64,000 bases of DNA, taken from the NCBI GenBank assembly GCA_020348445.1, contig CP070751.1, positions 2,712,750 to 2,776,749 of the forward strand, read 5' to 3'. Under the pieces are notes generated by a model that ran no database searches, had not been told where the DNA came from, and was given only the letters and a program-made list of their open reading frames with translations. Shown here piece by piece: positions 18,501 through 26,871 of this stretch. This stretch comes from Thermoplasmata archaeon (GTDB lineage: Archaea; Thermoplasmatota; Thermoplasmata; GCA-020350865). The first letter of the stretch is position 1. The number at the start of each line of letters is the position of its first letter. A program made the position numbers and the translations under genes.

Positions 18501-19964
18501 CTCATTGAGTCGTATCAGCTCATCGTTTGCAGTCATTTCCCAGAAGAATTCCTGCTCTCCTGCGGGCATATCAGAATCAATGAACTTCATGAAGAATCCA
18601 AAGAGACCGTTGTCTAACATGTTCAAGTCCTCATTTCCTCCATTGTAGGGGATTTCGAATTCGAATTCGTAGCGTGGTGTAGGAGATGGAAAGTACTGAA
18701 CTGCACCGAGGGCGGTTTGGTCATCATCGTCAATGTTCCATGTTCCTCCATCATATTCCCAGTCCTCCCAAGTTCCTCCAACAACGACATAAACAAGATT
18801 CTCAAAATTTGTATCTAATAGAAAATTCCGGTTATTTCCTGGATCAGGCGCGGTCTCTCTTTCTTGATAGATGTAGAATTCGTCATTTCCATTGAAGTCG
18901 TCATCCTCCACCCTAAAGCCGCACCAAATGTTCTTTGAGGTTTGATCCTGCACTGAATAGAATTTAACCTCCATTGTTGTTCCATGAAAGTTCGTAAATT
19001 TCATCTCACGTTTGTATGAATTGATCCATGCAATATCATTGGAGATATCACCATCTACCGCAGGTGCTCCATTGATGTTCACAGTTGAATAGAGTTTGGT
19101 TTCATCCCTCATGAGGCCTAGTTTCAAATCGCCCCACTGGTTTGTGGTTGCGTCAGCAGCCAATGGCTCGTAATCTCCACCTAGGTTCTTGTTGCCTGGC
19201 TGTACAGTTGTTACATCCCAATAATAATGCCCAGGTTCAACTGTAACTCCTCCTCCCACTACATGTACAATAATATAAATACCAATCTCATCTGTACCAA
19301 TTATATCGAGATTTGAGTCGTCTATATCGTCGTTTTCTCTACTCAAGGGTATCCTGAACTCAGCATTGAAATAAGGACCGTTACCGAAATTATCTACATC
19401 CATAACTTTGTCAGTGGTATCGACATCGTCTGCCCAGACGCTCCCAGCATTATTCCAGTTCAGATCCCGACCACTACCATCGTTCTTATTTCTGTACACG
19501 CCATCTTCATTCCTCTCCCCTGAGGGATTGGTGAGCCCATCTAGGTGGCTGCCATCAGAGATGGAACCTGCGTTGTCCCCTTCATCGAGAAATAGCCAAA
19601 CACCATTATTGGCACCATTATTGCCGGCGTCCCATGCCAGTGCAATGTACAAATAGCTGTTGCTGTTTACGAAGAACATACTAACAGGAATGGTCTCAGC
19701 AGGTAACTCATTGCTCCTGAAGGTCACATTCCTTGCATATGCCCTGGCCCAGAACCCAGCATCATTGGCAATATCTCCATCAATGTTTACTGTATCGTTG
19801 TTAAAGAAGTAGCTATAGAGCTGAAGAGGATGTCCTTCACCTTCTGCCACATGCGCCTTTGCGTTGTCTACAAAGCTTATCGTCGAAAACATGCCCACAA
19901 TCATGGCAAATGCCATGACAGATGCTAAACTATATCGTGTATACCTAGACATAACATTTTTCAT
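15573..19964 (-). CDS. Large surface protein: two CBM9/DOMON-like domains, Ig-like (Big) repeats, TM, acidic tail with zinc ribbon
   Basis: Signal peptide; duplicated (I/V)DGDI.ND..W; repeated DN.AP...I..P..G..SG...I..A.D..GV..V Ig units; FLVFIVILVILVVLMVISW TM; CPECG..CPQCG tail. Confidence 0.8.
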   Translation of the reverse strand: MKNVMSRYTRYSLASVMAFAMIVGMFSTISFVDNAKAHVAEGEGHPLQLYSYFFNNDTVNIDGDIANDAGFWARAYARNVTFRSNELPAETIPVSMFFVNSNSYLYIALAWDAGNNGANNGVWLFLDEGDNAGSISDGSHLDGLTNPSGERNEDGVYRNKNDGSGRDLNWNNAGSVWADDVDTTDKVMDVDNFGNGPYFNAEFRIPLSRENDDIDDSNLDIIGTDEIGIYIIVHVVGGGVTVEPGHYYWDVTTVQPGNKNLGGDYEPLAADATTNQWGDLKLGLMRDETKLYSTVNINGAPAVDGDISNDIAWINSYKREMKFTNFHGTTMEVKFYSVQDQTSKNIWCGFRVEDDDFNGNDEFYIYQERETAPDPGNNRNFLLDTNFENLVYVVVGGTWEDWEYDGGTWNIDDDDQTALGAVQYFPSPTPRYEFEFEIPYNGGNEDLNMLDNGLFGFFMKFIDSDMPAGEQEFFWEMTANDELIRLNEPDDVHVSVGWVDLQMGGPAVSPVQPDDGGMVSGIDFRFRIYAEDEPPNGIDFITFTAFKTEKMDTFKNLFREPGTGFWSTYWDTTAEDNGPTRVTIVAQDDEGITVYIYINVMISNAGAGGNPPSGVEITDPAVGPLTGPELIEATALGASYVEFYVDGELFSVDITSPYQASLDTTLYADGGHIVSIRAVNIAGETWDAMVYEFDNWDLNTLSITDPITGTSQNGSINVVGDFVADNSGEYAELYVDDMFWSFSDDTATGAVTFELDTELLSEGAHQVKMFVYDPEGNKLMDMVTIYVDNIEPGTPTIASLIDGQYIDGTFVFKVQCDTSDLASVELTIPTVITDMPIGYNSASGYYEYTLDTTALTDGDYSVSAVSWDTAGSSASSGTVNFKIDNTAPTLAVSSPLDNAIVSGIVEFNYTATDTYLSSVMYKIDGNSWVDIDTDWDTRTFNDGEHMVSIKAADESGHYTMITLDLVVDNNAPEIAILNPVNNQFLSDDFTFRIRAEDMVGLSDVRITITNTDSAETVVDDISIILNEVSGHYEYTLDTMTLADGNYSITATSYDISGKDSGASTVNFMVDNNAPKLMLTAPLNGELLTGSVAIDVDYSDVFLVDMVYRIDGGAWVDLSTAWDTSLVNDGAHTIDIKLTDKAGHMATQTVSVKTDNTAPDLYPVYWPTENVASSFHIQMYAMDAVELVEVTYQINNLTSVRMFENKAIGFYEAEIVVDSSGLGLPDGDHELKIMATDSVDLSTQISTTITVDNTGPTITISEPAKGKTVEGDVKFIVELTDATGIDVVQIRIDKGEWIDMKEEDGKYVYNWNSRKAYNGKYDVDVKAVDTLGNEAVGSSEIKVDNFPMLAFLVFIVILVILVVLMVISWSKGPKKEKPAKIEEPSVSPVEEETEVIEGFACPECGANVGPGDSSCPQCGVELEGHEEEKEEEIVAPPLTDLSTPEEMSDDDASKLDIPKTEEEI

Positions 19965-20204
19965 ATGTTATCCCCCCTTGTTGACGGTTAGAGTAAAGAG
20001 TGTAAATACGACAAAATATAAGTAATTATTGGTGTGGTTATTTGGTACTGGCCTATATCTATTGCACTATTAATTAAAATGAGGTTAAAATCCCAAAAAA
20101 TCCCAAAATATTGGGATATTGAATATTATTTAGTATGGCCTTTTTATAGAAAGATTCATAAAATCCTAAAGCCTTTCTCCCCTTCCGCCCAAAGAGGGGG
20201 ATAT

Positions 20205-21344
20205 ATGAAATTCCAGCTGACAAAAGAACAGGAAATGATAAGGAAGATGGTCAGGGAGTTTGCAGAAAACGAAATCAAACCAATTGCAGCGGAGTATGAC
20301 GAAACCCAGGAGTTCCCATGGGACACTGTCAAGAGAATGGGGGAGCTGAACCTCCTTGGTCTGATATTCCCAAAAGAGTACGGTGGAGCCGATGTTGGTT
20401 ACATAGGCTATGCTATTGCAGTGGAGGAGGTATCCAGGGTATGCGGTGCCCATGGCATCACAGTTGCAGCCCATAATTCTCTCTGTTCAAATCATATTTA
20501 TATTGCAGGTTCTGAGGAGCAGAAGCAGAAGTATCTTGTTCCCCTAGCAAAGGGTGAAAAGATCGGGGCCTGGGGTCTTACTGAGGCCAATGCAGGAAGC
20601 GATGCAGGAGCCACTCAAACAACTGCGGTTTTGGATAAAGATGAATGGGTAATTAACGGCTCAAAGACGTTCATCACACATGGAAGTGTCGGAGACATAG
20701 CAGTTGTCCTGGCCTCCACAGACAAAACAAAGAAGCAAAGAGGAATTACCGCCTTCATCATAGAGAAGGGGACACCTGGTTTTTCCCCAGGGACAAAGGA
20801 GAACAAGCTCGGTCTTAGAGCCAGCGATACTGCCGAGATGTTCTTTGAAGACTGCAGAATTCCCAAGGAAAATCAACTGGGTCAGTTGAACAAGGCCTTC
20901 TACGATACAATGCAGGTTCTGGATGGAGGGAGAATCAGCATAGGTGCAATGGCCTTGGGCCTTGCCCAGGGTGCCTTAGATGAAAGCATAAAGTATGCAA
21001 AGGAAAGGGAGCAGTTCGGTAAGAAGATAGCCAAGTTCCAAGCCATACAATGGATGATCGCGGATATGGCATCTGAGGTGGAAGCAGCAAGGATGCTTGT
21101 CTACTATGCCGGCTGGTTAAAGGACCACGATATGAAGGTTACCAAGCTATCTGCAATGGCAAAGATGTACGCCTCTGAGGTTGGAATGAGGGCAGCCACA
21201 AAGGCAATCCAGATCCACGGTGGTTATGGTTACACAAAGGATTACCCTGTTGAAAGGATCTTTCGGGATGTGAAGCTTACTGAGATAGGGGAAGGAACCT
21301 CAGAAATTCAGAGGATGGTCATTGCCAGGCAGATGGGGCTTTAG
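20205..21344 (+). CDS. Acyl-CoA dehydrogenase
   Basis: [56 protein letters not shown]. Real start is ATG 20205 behind GAGGGGG; the track's upstream extension is non-coding. Confidence 0.95.
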   Translation: MKFQLTKEQEMIRKMVREFAENEIKPIAAEYDETQEFPWDTVKRMGELNLLGLIFPKEYGGADVGYIGYAIAVEEVSRVCGAHGITVAAHNSLCSNHIYIAGSEEQKQKYLVPLAKGEKIGAWGLTEANAGSDAGATQTTAVLDKDEWVINGSKTFITHGSVGDIAVVLASTDKTKKQRGITAFIIEKGTPGFSPGTKENKLGLRASDTAEMFFEDCRIPKENQLGQLNKAFYDTMQVLDGGRISIGAMALGLAQGALDESIKYAKEREQFGKKIAKFQAIQWMIADMASEVEAARMLVYYAGWLKDHDMKVTKLSAMAKMYASEVGMRAATKAIQIHGGYGYTKDYPVERIFRDVKLTEIGEGTSEIQRMVIARQMGL

Positions 21345-21374
21345 ACCATTTCAATCCGATTTTTTCTTACAAAA

Positions 21375-21417
21375 ATGATGTATGATATGTATGATATGTA
21401 TGATATAAATGATAAGT
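21375..21417 (+). promoter_or_regulatory. 9-bp-period tandem repeat (ATGATATGT) immediately upstream of a TATA box; candidate operator
   Basis: ATGATGT ATGATATGT ATGATATGT ATGATATAA ATGATAAGT, then TTTATATA (21418-21425) upstream of the AbrB-family gene. Confidence 0.6.
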
Positions 21418-21459
21418 TTTATATACGTGTTTTTACTTTTCGGCATCTTGGTGAGTGTT

Positions 21460-21723
21460 TTGTTTCCCAAACCAGAGTTTCAAGGAAGTACAACAGTTGG
21501 CGAAAGAGGACAGATCGTTCTCCCTGCAGAGTTGAGAAAGAAGCATGGAATAAAACCAGGGGACAAACTCCTGGTTATTTCGAACCCACTTCCCAGTGGA
21601 GCATCAATTATCATGCTAATGGAAAGTAGTGTATTAAATCAGATGCTTTCAGATATGACCGAGCAAATCGGGCAGATCCTGGAAGCCCATGGCAAAGAAC
21701 AAAATAACGACAATACAGAGTAA
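21460..21723 (+). CDS. AbrB/MazE/SpoVT-family DNA-binding protein
   Basis: GSTTVGERGQIVLPAELRKKHGIKPGDKL signature; TTG start at 21460 behind GGTGAG. Confidence 0.88.
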   Translation: MFPKPEFQGSTTVGERGQIVLPAELRKKHGIKPGDKLLVISNPLPSGASIIMLMESSVLNQMLSDMTEQIGQILEAHGKEQNNDNTE

Positions 21724-21741
21724 TTCAGTGAATATGTTGAG

Positions 21742-24495
21742 GTGATTCATTTGGTGATGAAATCTTTAGGCCAAGCAGTATCAGCATTTCCAAAGGTGAC
21801 AATCGCAATTATAATTGTAATAACAATCATTGCAATGGCTTTCATTGGAATTCTTGGCATCGATCAAGAGTTCTCGGAATCCTCTTTCATGCCTGAGAAT
21901 GAGGTTGTCATCGCACAGGAAGAGGTTGCAGATCTATTCAGAACCTCTAATGAGTACAGAGTTTCTATCCTCGTCAAGGATAAGGACAAGGATGTCTTAA
22001 CAAAGGGTGCTATGGAAGAGATGCTCATGGTAGAGCGAGATATTGTCAACGATCCTACAATAGCACCCACCCTAATGTATCCGAGTAATCCTTCCTCTAA
22101 TGCAAACTCGGTAGCAGACATTGTAACACGTTCTTTTTTGGCTGGACAGGGTAACAGTGAGCCGACCTTGGATGAGAAGATCGCTGCTATACAAATCATG
22201 AATGACACACTTATTAAGCAAACTATTACTGGGATTCTATCCTCGGACTTCACTCCTCCAGAGGTTAAGGGCTTTTTCTTCATGCTACTGACCAGCGACT
22301 TCTCTTTTGAAACAGGCAATATTCAGGCCAAAGGAACCATGATAATCATCACCTTAAACGGGACCCTTGGAGAGGATGAGACAGGGGAACACATGACCAC
22401 TGAAGAAAGTCCCTTGTCCCTATCCGAACAACGCATGGACGCCATTGTTAAAGACATGGACCTCCAATCCACAGAAATGCGGGTTATGGGAATGAGCATT
22501 ATCATGGATGAGATCATGGGTGCCATGAACAATGATATGGGTATATTGTTACCAGCTGCGTTTATTTTGGTCTTGATAATATTAGGTGTGGTGTTCAGGA
22601 ACGGATGGGATATGGCAATCAGTCTCACTGCACTTGTAATGGGAATCGTGTGGATGTATGGATTTGGTACAGCTTTAGGTTTTTCATTCAATCCAATGAC
22701 GATCGTGGTACCTGTCCTCATAGTCGGCTTGGGAATAGATTATGGTATACATCTGACCATGCGTCATCGTGAAGAGCTCGGAAAGGGAAAGGAGGTGGAT
22801 CATGCCGTGGAAAAGACCATCAGCCACGTTGGCATGGCCCTGCTACTTGTGACAATCACAACAATGGCAGCCTTCCTCTCGAATATTGCTTCCCCCATGG
22901 ATCCGCTAAAAGATTTCGGCATCATCGCTACCATTGGGATCGTAAGCTGTTTCTTCACTATGGTCACCTTTGTTCCGGCCTGTTTGCATATCAAGGACAC
23001 AAGAAAGGCTAAAAAACTTACAGAAAAAGAAAAGAATAACAAGGAGCTCAAACCAAAGAAAGAATCAAGACTGAAGAAAGCCGCAAAACCAAAATTGGAC
23101 AAGGGCATTAGTGCTGGTGCCAAAGTAGCAGAACGGTTACCAATTTTGGTTATTGTTGTGGTGCTAGTAATTTCAGCTGGAGCGATTATGGCTGCTATGA
23201 ACCTCAAAACAACTTTCGAATTCGAGGATTTTTTACCGGAAAACCTTGAACTAACCGAGGATTTGGAATACATGTTAAACGAATTTACAACAGTAGGAGG
23301 CGAGGGCACAGAGGTGCAATTGCTAATCAAGGGTGATATCGCAAATCCAGAACTGTTTCGGAGCATGGACATGACAATCACCAACATGGCAGATGATAAA
23401 TATGTTGTTAAATCTGGAGAAACACCTTCTGTCAAATCCATCAATTCATTGATACGAGATTGGGCTACGAATAGTACAATATACGGTTTTTCAGATAAAA
23501 AATACGATCCTACTTTCCACGCAATGTACAACAACACATTTGAGGTGGACGGCTCCCTATCTACAGATGCTACCAGGGATGAGTTACTTGCACTCTACAA
23601 CTGGCTGTACACGAATTCGTCCTCTGCATTGGACGCAATGTCCCTGCTTCACAGGACCGAGGATGGAAATTATGATGCTACTGTTCTTCGGATTTCCATA
23701 ACCCTCATTGGAACCGAAAGTAAAGAGATGAAGGAACTTATGAGTGATATTGATGATGATAAAGCTCCCCTCGAATCAACCTCAGACAATTCCATTTTGA
23801 CAGGTGGTAGTGTAGTGGGAGTGTTGATGCTGGACCTTCTAAACGAAAGCCAGACAAGAACTCTGATTCTTACTCTCATTGTTTGTCTTGTTTTCATGGT
23901 CGTCGTTTTCTATATCAAGGACCGCTCCGTTATGCTCGGCATTATGACGATGTTGCCTGTGGTATTTTGTGTGATATGGATATTAGGAACAATGTATATC
24001 ATGGATATCTCATTGAACATTATGACACTCATGGTCACCTCACTTACAATCGGTATTGGAGTGGATTATGGAATACACATCTCCCACAGATTCGGAGAGG
24101 ATATTGGGGAGTTCGATAACATATCTGATGCCATCCACAATACTGTAACGCATACAGGTCTTGCTCTGTTCGGAGGTGCAACCACCACAATCGCCGGATT
24201 TGGTTTGATAGGTTTTGCCTCCATGCCACCCATTGCCCAGTTTGGCCTCATCACTGCATTGACCATCTTTTACAGTTCCATTGCTTCTGTCTTTGTACTG
24301 CCGACATTCCTTGTTATGTGGGCAAAATGGAAGAAGCGGAAAGAAGAAGATATTCCGAGATATATGAAGGAAAAGGACGAGAAAATCTCCGAAGAAAACG
24401 GTGGGGAGGACAAGATAGTGGAGAAGAAGGAGGAAAAATCAGAGGGGGAAATCCCAAAGGAGGTTCCTTTGGAAACATCTTCCAAATCTTCCTGA
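21742..24495 (+). CDS. MMPL/RND-superfamily transporter
   Basis: Two halves each with 1+5 TMs and a large external loop; VGLGIDYGIH and IGIGVDYGIH conserved Asp-Tyr motifs. Confidence 0.92.
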   Translation: MIHLVMKSLGQAVSAFPKVTIAIIIVITIIAMAFIGILGIDQEFSESSFMPENEVVIAQEEVADLFRTSNEYRVSILVKDKDKDVLTKGAMEEMLMVERDIVNDPTIAPTLMYPSNPSSNANSVADIVTRSFLAGQGNSEPTLDEKIAAIQIMNDTLIKQTITGILSSDFTPPEVKGFFFMLLTSDFSFETGNIQAKGTMIIITLNGTLGEDETGEHMTTEESPLSLSEQRMDAIVKDMDLQSTEMRVMGMSIIMDEIMGAMNNDMGILLPAAFILVLIILGVVFRNGWDMAISLTALVMGIVWMYGFGTALGFSFNPMTIVVPVLIVGLGIDYGIHLTMRHREELGKGKEVDHAVEKTISHVGMALLLVTITTMAAFLSNIASPMDPLKDFGIIATIGIVSCFFTMVTFVPACLHIKDTRKAKKLTEKEKNNKELKPKKESRLKKAAKPKLDKGISAGAKVAERLPILVIVVVLVISAGAIMAAMNLKTTFEFEDFLPENLELTEDLEYMLNEFTTVGGEGTEVQLLIKGDIANPELFRSMDMTITNMADDKYVVKSGETPSVKSINSLIRDWATNSTIYGFSDKKYDPTFHAMYNNTFEVDGSLSTDATRDELLALYNWLYTNSSSALDAMSLLHRTEDGNYDATVLRISITLIGTESKEMKELMSDIDDDKAPLESTSDNSILTGGSVVGVLMLDLLNESQTRTLILTLIVCLVFMVVVFYIKDRSVMLGIMTMLPVVFCVIWILGTMYIMDISLNIMTLMVTSLTIGIGVDYGIHISHRFGEDIGEFDNISDAIHNTVTHTGLALFGGATTTIAGFGLIGFASMPPIAQFGLITALTIFYSSIASVFVLPTFLVMWAKWKKRKEEDIPRYMKEKDEKISEENGGEDKIVEKKEEKSEGEIPKEVPLETSSKSS

Positions 24496-24508
24496 GGTTT
24501 TCAATTTT

Positions 24509-24671
24509 AGGTCCCCATTCCCATATGCAAGCTTAAATTTTAAATTATTGGTCCCGACCCCGGATGTTCAAGCTTAAGACCAAAGCATTAACAAACATAA
24601 CATGAACATGAGGGAGGAGGGGCCACGGATATGAACAATAAAAAAGAGAAGTGGTCCCGACTCCCGGATTT
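24509..24671 (-). repeat. Three progressively degenerate direct copies of the tRNA-Tyr 3' end (att-like scars)
   Basis: 24652-24671 is identical over 20 bp to 24806-24825 (TGGTCCCGACTCCCGGATTT). 24549 has TGGTCCCGAC-CCCGGAT and 24509 has AGGTCCCCATTCCC; both are followed by CAAGCTTAA. Confidence 0.8.
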
Positions 24672-24805
24672 TCAGATGAAGGCCTCCCCTATTGTTCCTC
24701 TTCATCTTCTTGACAAATTAGGTTATCAAATGCCTGTATCAAATTTGTCAATGAACCCAAGGGTTCAAATCCTTGAAATTGATTGAAATAAAAATAAATA
24801 GAAAA

Positions 24806-24924
24806 TGGTCCCGACTCCCGGATTTGAACCGGGGATCTATGGATATCGGCCAAAGCTTTGGCAATCGGTTATAGCCGAAAGCAAACTACAGTCCATCGCT
24901 CTAGCCAGTCTAAGCTAAGTCGGG
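24806..24924 (-). tRNA. tRNA-Tyr(GTA) with 41-nt intron at position 37/38 (24845-24885) and encoded CCA
   Basis: Acceptor CCCGACT/AGTCGGG-ACCA, D arm GCTT..GAGC, anticodon arm ATGGA-CTGTAG|A-TCCAT, T arm CCCGG-TTCAAAT-CCGGG; TTTAAAT TATA about 30 nt upstream. Confidence 0.95.
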
Positions 24925-25000
24925 ATTTAATTGTATTATAGTTGACAACGAATTTAAATGTTGTCTACATGCAAAAAATCCTTTTTGATGTTTTTGCATG

Positions 25001-25120
25001 CCAGGGGAAACTTGCTTTCCCCGACGAGCTAAGTCGGGATTTAGGTATATTATAGCTAACGATGGATATAAACGTTACCAGGGGAAACTCGCTTCCCCCG
25101 TCGGGCTAAGTGGGGATTTA
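25001..25120 (-). repeat. Two 43-bp direct repeats (period 77) each containing the tRNA-Tyr 5' end plus a GC hairpin
   Basis: 25001-25043 and 25078-25120; minus strand TAAATCCC(G/C)ACTTAGC..G(T/A)CGGGG(A/G)AAGC(A/G)AGTTTCCCCTGG; each followed upstream by a TATA-like box. Confidence 0.8.
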
Positions 25121-25253
25121 CTGAATGGAACTGCACATATTCAAGGGTTTATAAAGATTTTTCGTAAATAGTGACTGATATTGGTAACAGCGTAAATAAT
25201 AAGAATTAAAAAGGCATAGATGCTAAGGAATTAAGTAAAAAGGAGGTTGAGAA

Positions 25254-25619
25254 ATGAGTGGCGAAAAAATATTGTATGTTCAGACTAGCGGAACTGACAG
25301 GCCTGAGCGGCTTTACTCTCCCTTCGTCTTGGCACAGACTGCAAAAGCAATGGATATTGATGCGGCTGTATATTTTCTTGGAATGGGGCTGACGGTCCTC
25401 AAGAAGGGTGAGGCAGAGAAAATACAGATGGGGACTTTTCCAAATCTAAAGGAAGTAATGGATCAAACCCTTAAAGCAGGAGTGAAATTCTATGTCTGCG
25501 AGCAGAGCAAGCAGATGCTAGGCTGGGATGAAGCAAATCTAATTGAAGAGGCAAAGATAGTTGGAGCAGCAACATTGAATGACTTGGTGTTGGAGTACGA
25601 TAGTGTAATGTGGTTTTAG
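25254..25619 (+). CDS. DsrE/DsrF-like family protein
   Basis: LYVQTSGTDRPERLYSPFVLAQTAKAMD, FLGMGLTVLKKG, FYVCEQS, GAATL; AGGAGG RBS. Confidence 0.8.
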   Translation: MSGEKILYVQTSGTDRPERLYSPFVLAQTAKAMDIDAAVYFLGMGLTVLKKGEAEKIQMGTFPNLKEVMDQTLKAGVKFYVCEQSKQMLGWDEANLIEEAKIVGAATLNDLVLEYDSVMWF

Positions 25620-25657
25620 ACGTTCTTGAAAACCGTGTAAGCGAGGGAGATGATAAT

Positions 25658-26824
25658 ATGGAAAGGGTCTATCTAGATCATGGGGCTTCAATGCCTGTTG
25701 ATAAAAGAATAGAAGAGGCCATTTTAAAGCATATGACTGAAAATTTCGGCAATCCATTTTCCCTTCATAAGGAAGGAAGGGCCAGTAAAAGATCAGTTGA
25801 AGAGGCTAGAGAAAATGTAGCAAAACTTATTAGTGCTGAAGATAAAGCATCGGTGATATTTACCGCAAGTGCCACAGAATCAAATAATTTAGCAATAAGG
25901 GGTGTAGCCCATAGAAACAAAAACAAGGGGAATCATATTATAACATCTGCAATAGAGCATATGTCAGTGATCAATCCCTTAAAGGACCTTCAAAAGGAAG
26001 GATTTGAAGTCACATTCTTACCTGTGGACAAGGATGGTTTGTTAGATCCAGAGAAAGTGAAGGAGGCCATAACAGATAAGACCATTCTCATCTCGATAAT
26101 GTACGCAAACGGCGAAATAGGTACCATGGAGCCTGTTAGGGAGATAGGAGAAATTGCCAAGGACAAGGATATTTACTTTCATTCAGATTGCGTGGCTGCC
26201 GAAGGTCAAATTCCTATTGATGTTGAAAGGGACAATATCGACCTGCTAAGTCTCTCTTCTAATGACTTATATGGTCCAAAGGGTGTCGGGGGTCTTTATA
26301 TAAAAAAGGGTGTAAAGATTCAGCCCATCATGTATGGAGGAGGACAAGAAAGAGGCCTTAGATCAGGAACCGAAAATGTGTACAGTATATTTGGGATGGG
26401 ATTGGCTGCAAAAATCACCAAGGATGATATGGAGAAAGACTCCCAGAGACTGAAAAGACTAAGGGATAAATTGATCCAAGGTGTGCTGGATAATATTGAT
26501 GAGGCATATCTTACTGGTCATCGGACAAAGAGATTACCTCATCACGCAAGCTTCAGATTCGATTATATCGAGGGTGAGAGTATAATCCTAAATCTCGATA
26601 TGGAAGGGATTTCAGCCTCCACAGGTTCGGCATGTTCATCCAAGACCCTTGAACCCTCACATGTGCTTATTGCCCTTGGCTTAAAACATGAGCAGGCACA
26701 TGGATCATTGGTTCTAACATTGGGTAGGCAAAACACAGATGATCATGTTAATCGAGCATTGGAGGTAATTCCAACAACAGTTCAGAGGTTAAGGGAGATG
26801 TCGCCGTTATATAAGAAAAAATAA
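25658..26824 (+). CDS. iscS: IscS/NifS-like cysteine desulfurase homolog with the PLP lysine replaced by Asp
   Basis: VYLDHGA, FGNP, FTASATESNN, ITSAIEH, RSGTEN, TGSACSS. The canonical SxHKxxGPKG reads SSNDLYGPKG. Start ATG 25658. Confidence 0.9.
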   Translation: MERVYLDHGASMPVDKRIEEAILKHMTENFGNPFSLHKEGRASKRSVEEARENVAKLISAEDKASVIFTASATESNNLAIRGVAHRNKNKGNHIITSAIEHMSVINPLKDLQKEGFEVTFLPVDKDGLLDPEKVKEAITDKTILISIMYANGEIGTMEPVREIGEIAKDKDIYFHSDCVAAEGQIPIDVERDNIDLLSLSSNDLYGPKGVGGLYIKKGVKIQPIMYGGGQERGLRSGTENVYSIFGMGLAAKITKDDMEKDSQRLKRLRDKLIQGVLDNIDEAYLTGHRTKRLPHHASFRFDYIEGESIILNLDMEGISASTGSACSSKTLEPSHVLIALGLKHEQAHGSLVLTLGRQNTDDHVNRALEVIPTTVQRLREMSPLYKKK

Positions 26825-26871
26825 AAGAGTAAATTATAGTAGATTCGAATACGTCAATAGGAAGTATAAAT

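Noticed and set aside
20100-20117. ATCCCAA-N4-TTGGGAT palindrome upstream of acyl-CoA dehydrogenase
   Set aside because: 7-bp arms in AT-rich DNA are expected by chance in 64 kb; no second copy noticed near the other beta-oxidation gene.
20034-20204. N-terminal extensions given by the ORF track (also 27884-28000, 29827-29964, 34394-34546, 49119-49256)
   Set aside because: AT-rich promoter-like sequence with downstream RBS+ATG matching family N-termini; treated as non-coding.
24631-24786. 51-aa + strand ORF behind GGGAGGAGG
   Set aside because: It runs through the antisense tRNA-end copy and has no protein-like features; most likely spurious.
24509-25120. tRNA-flanking repeats as a CRISPR array
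   Set aside because: Repeats are tRNA-derived, unequal in length and irregularly spaced (40, 103, 154, 77 bp); no cas genes.
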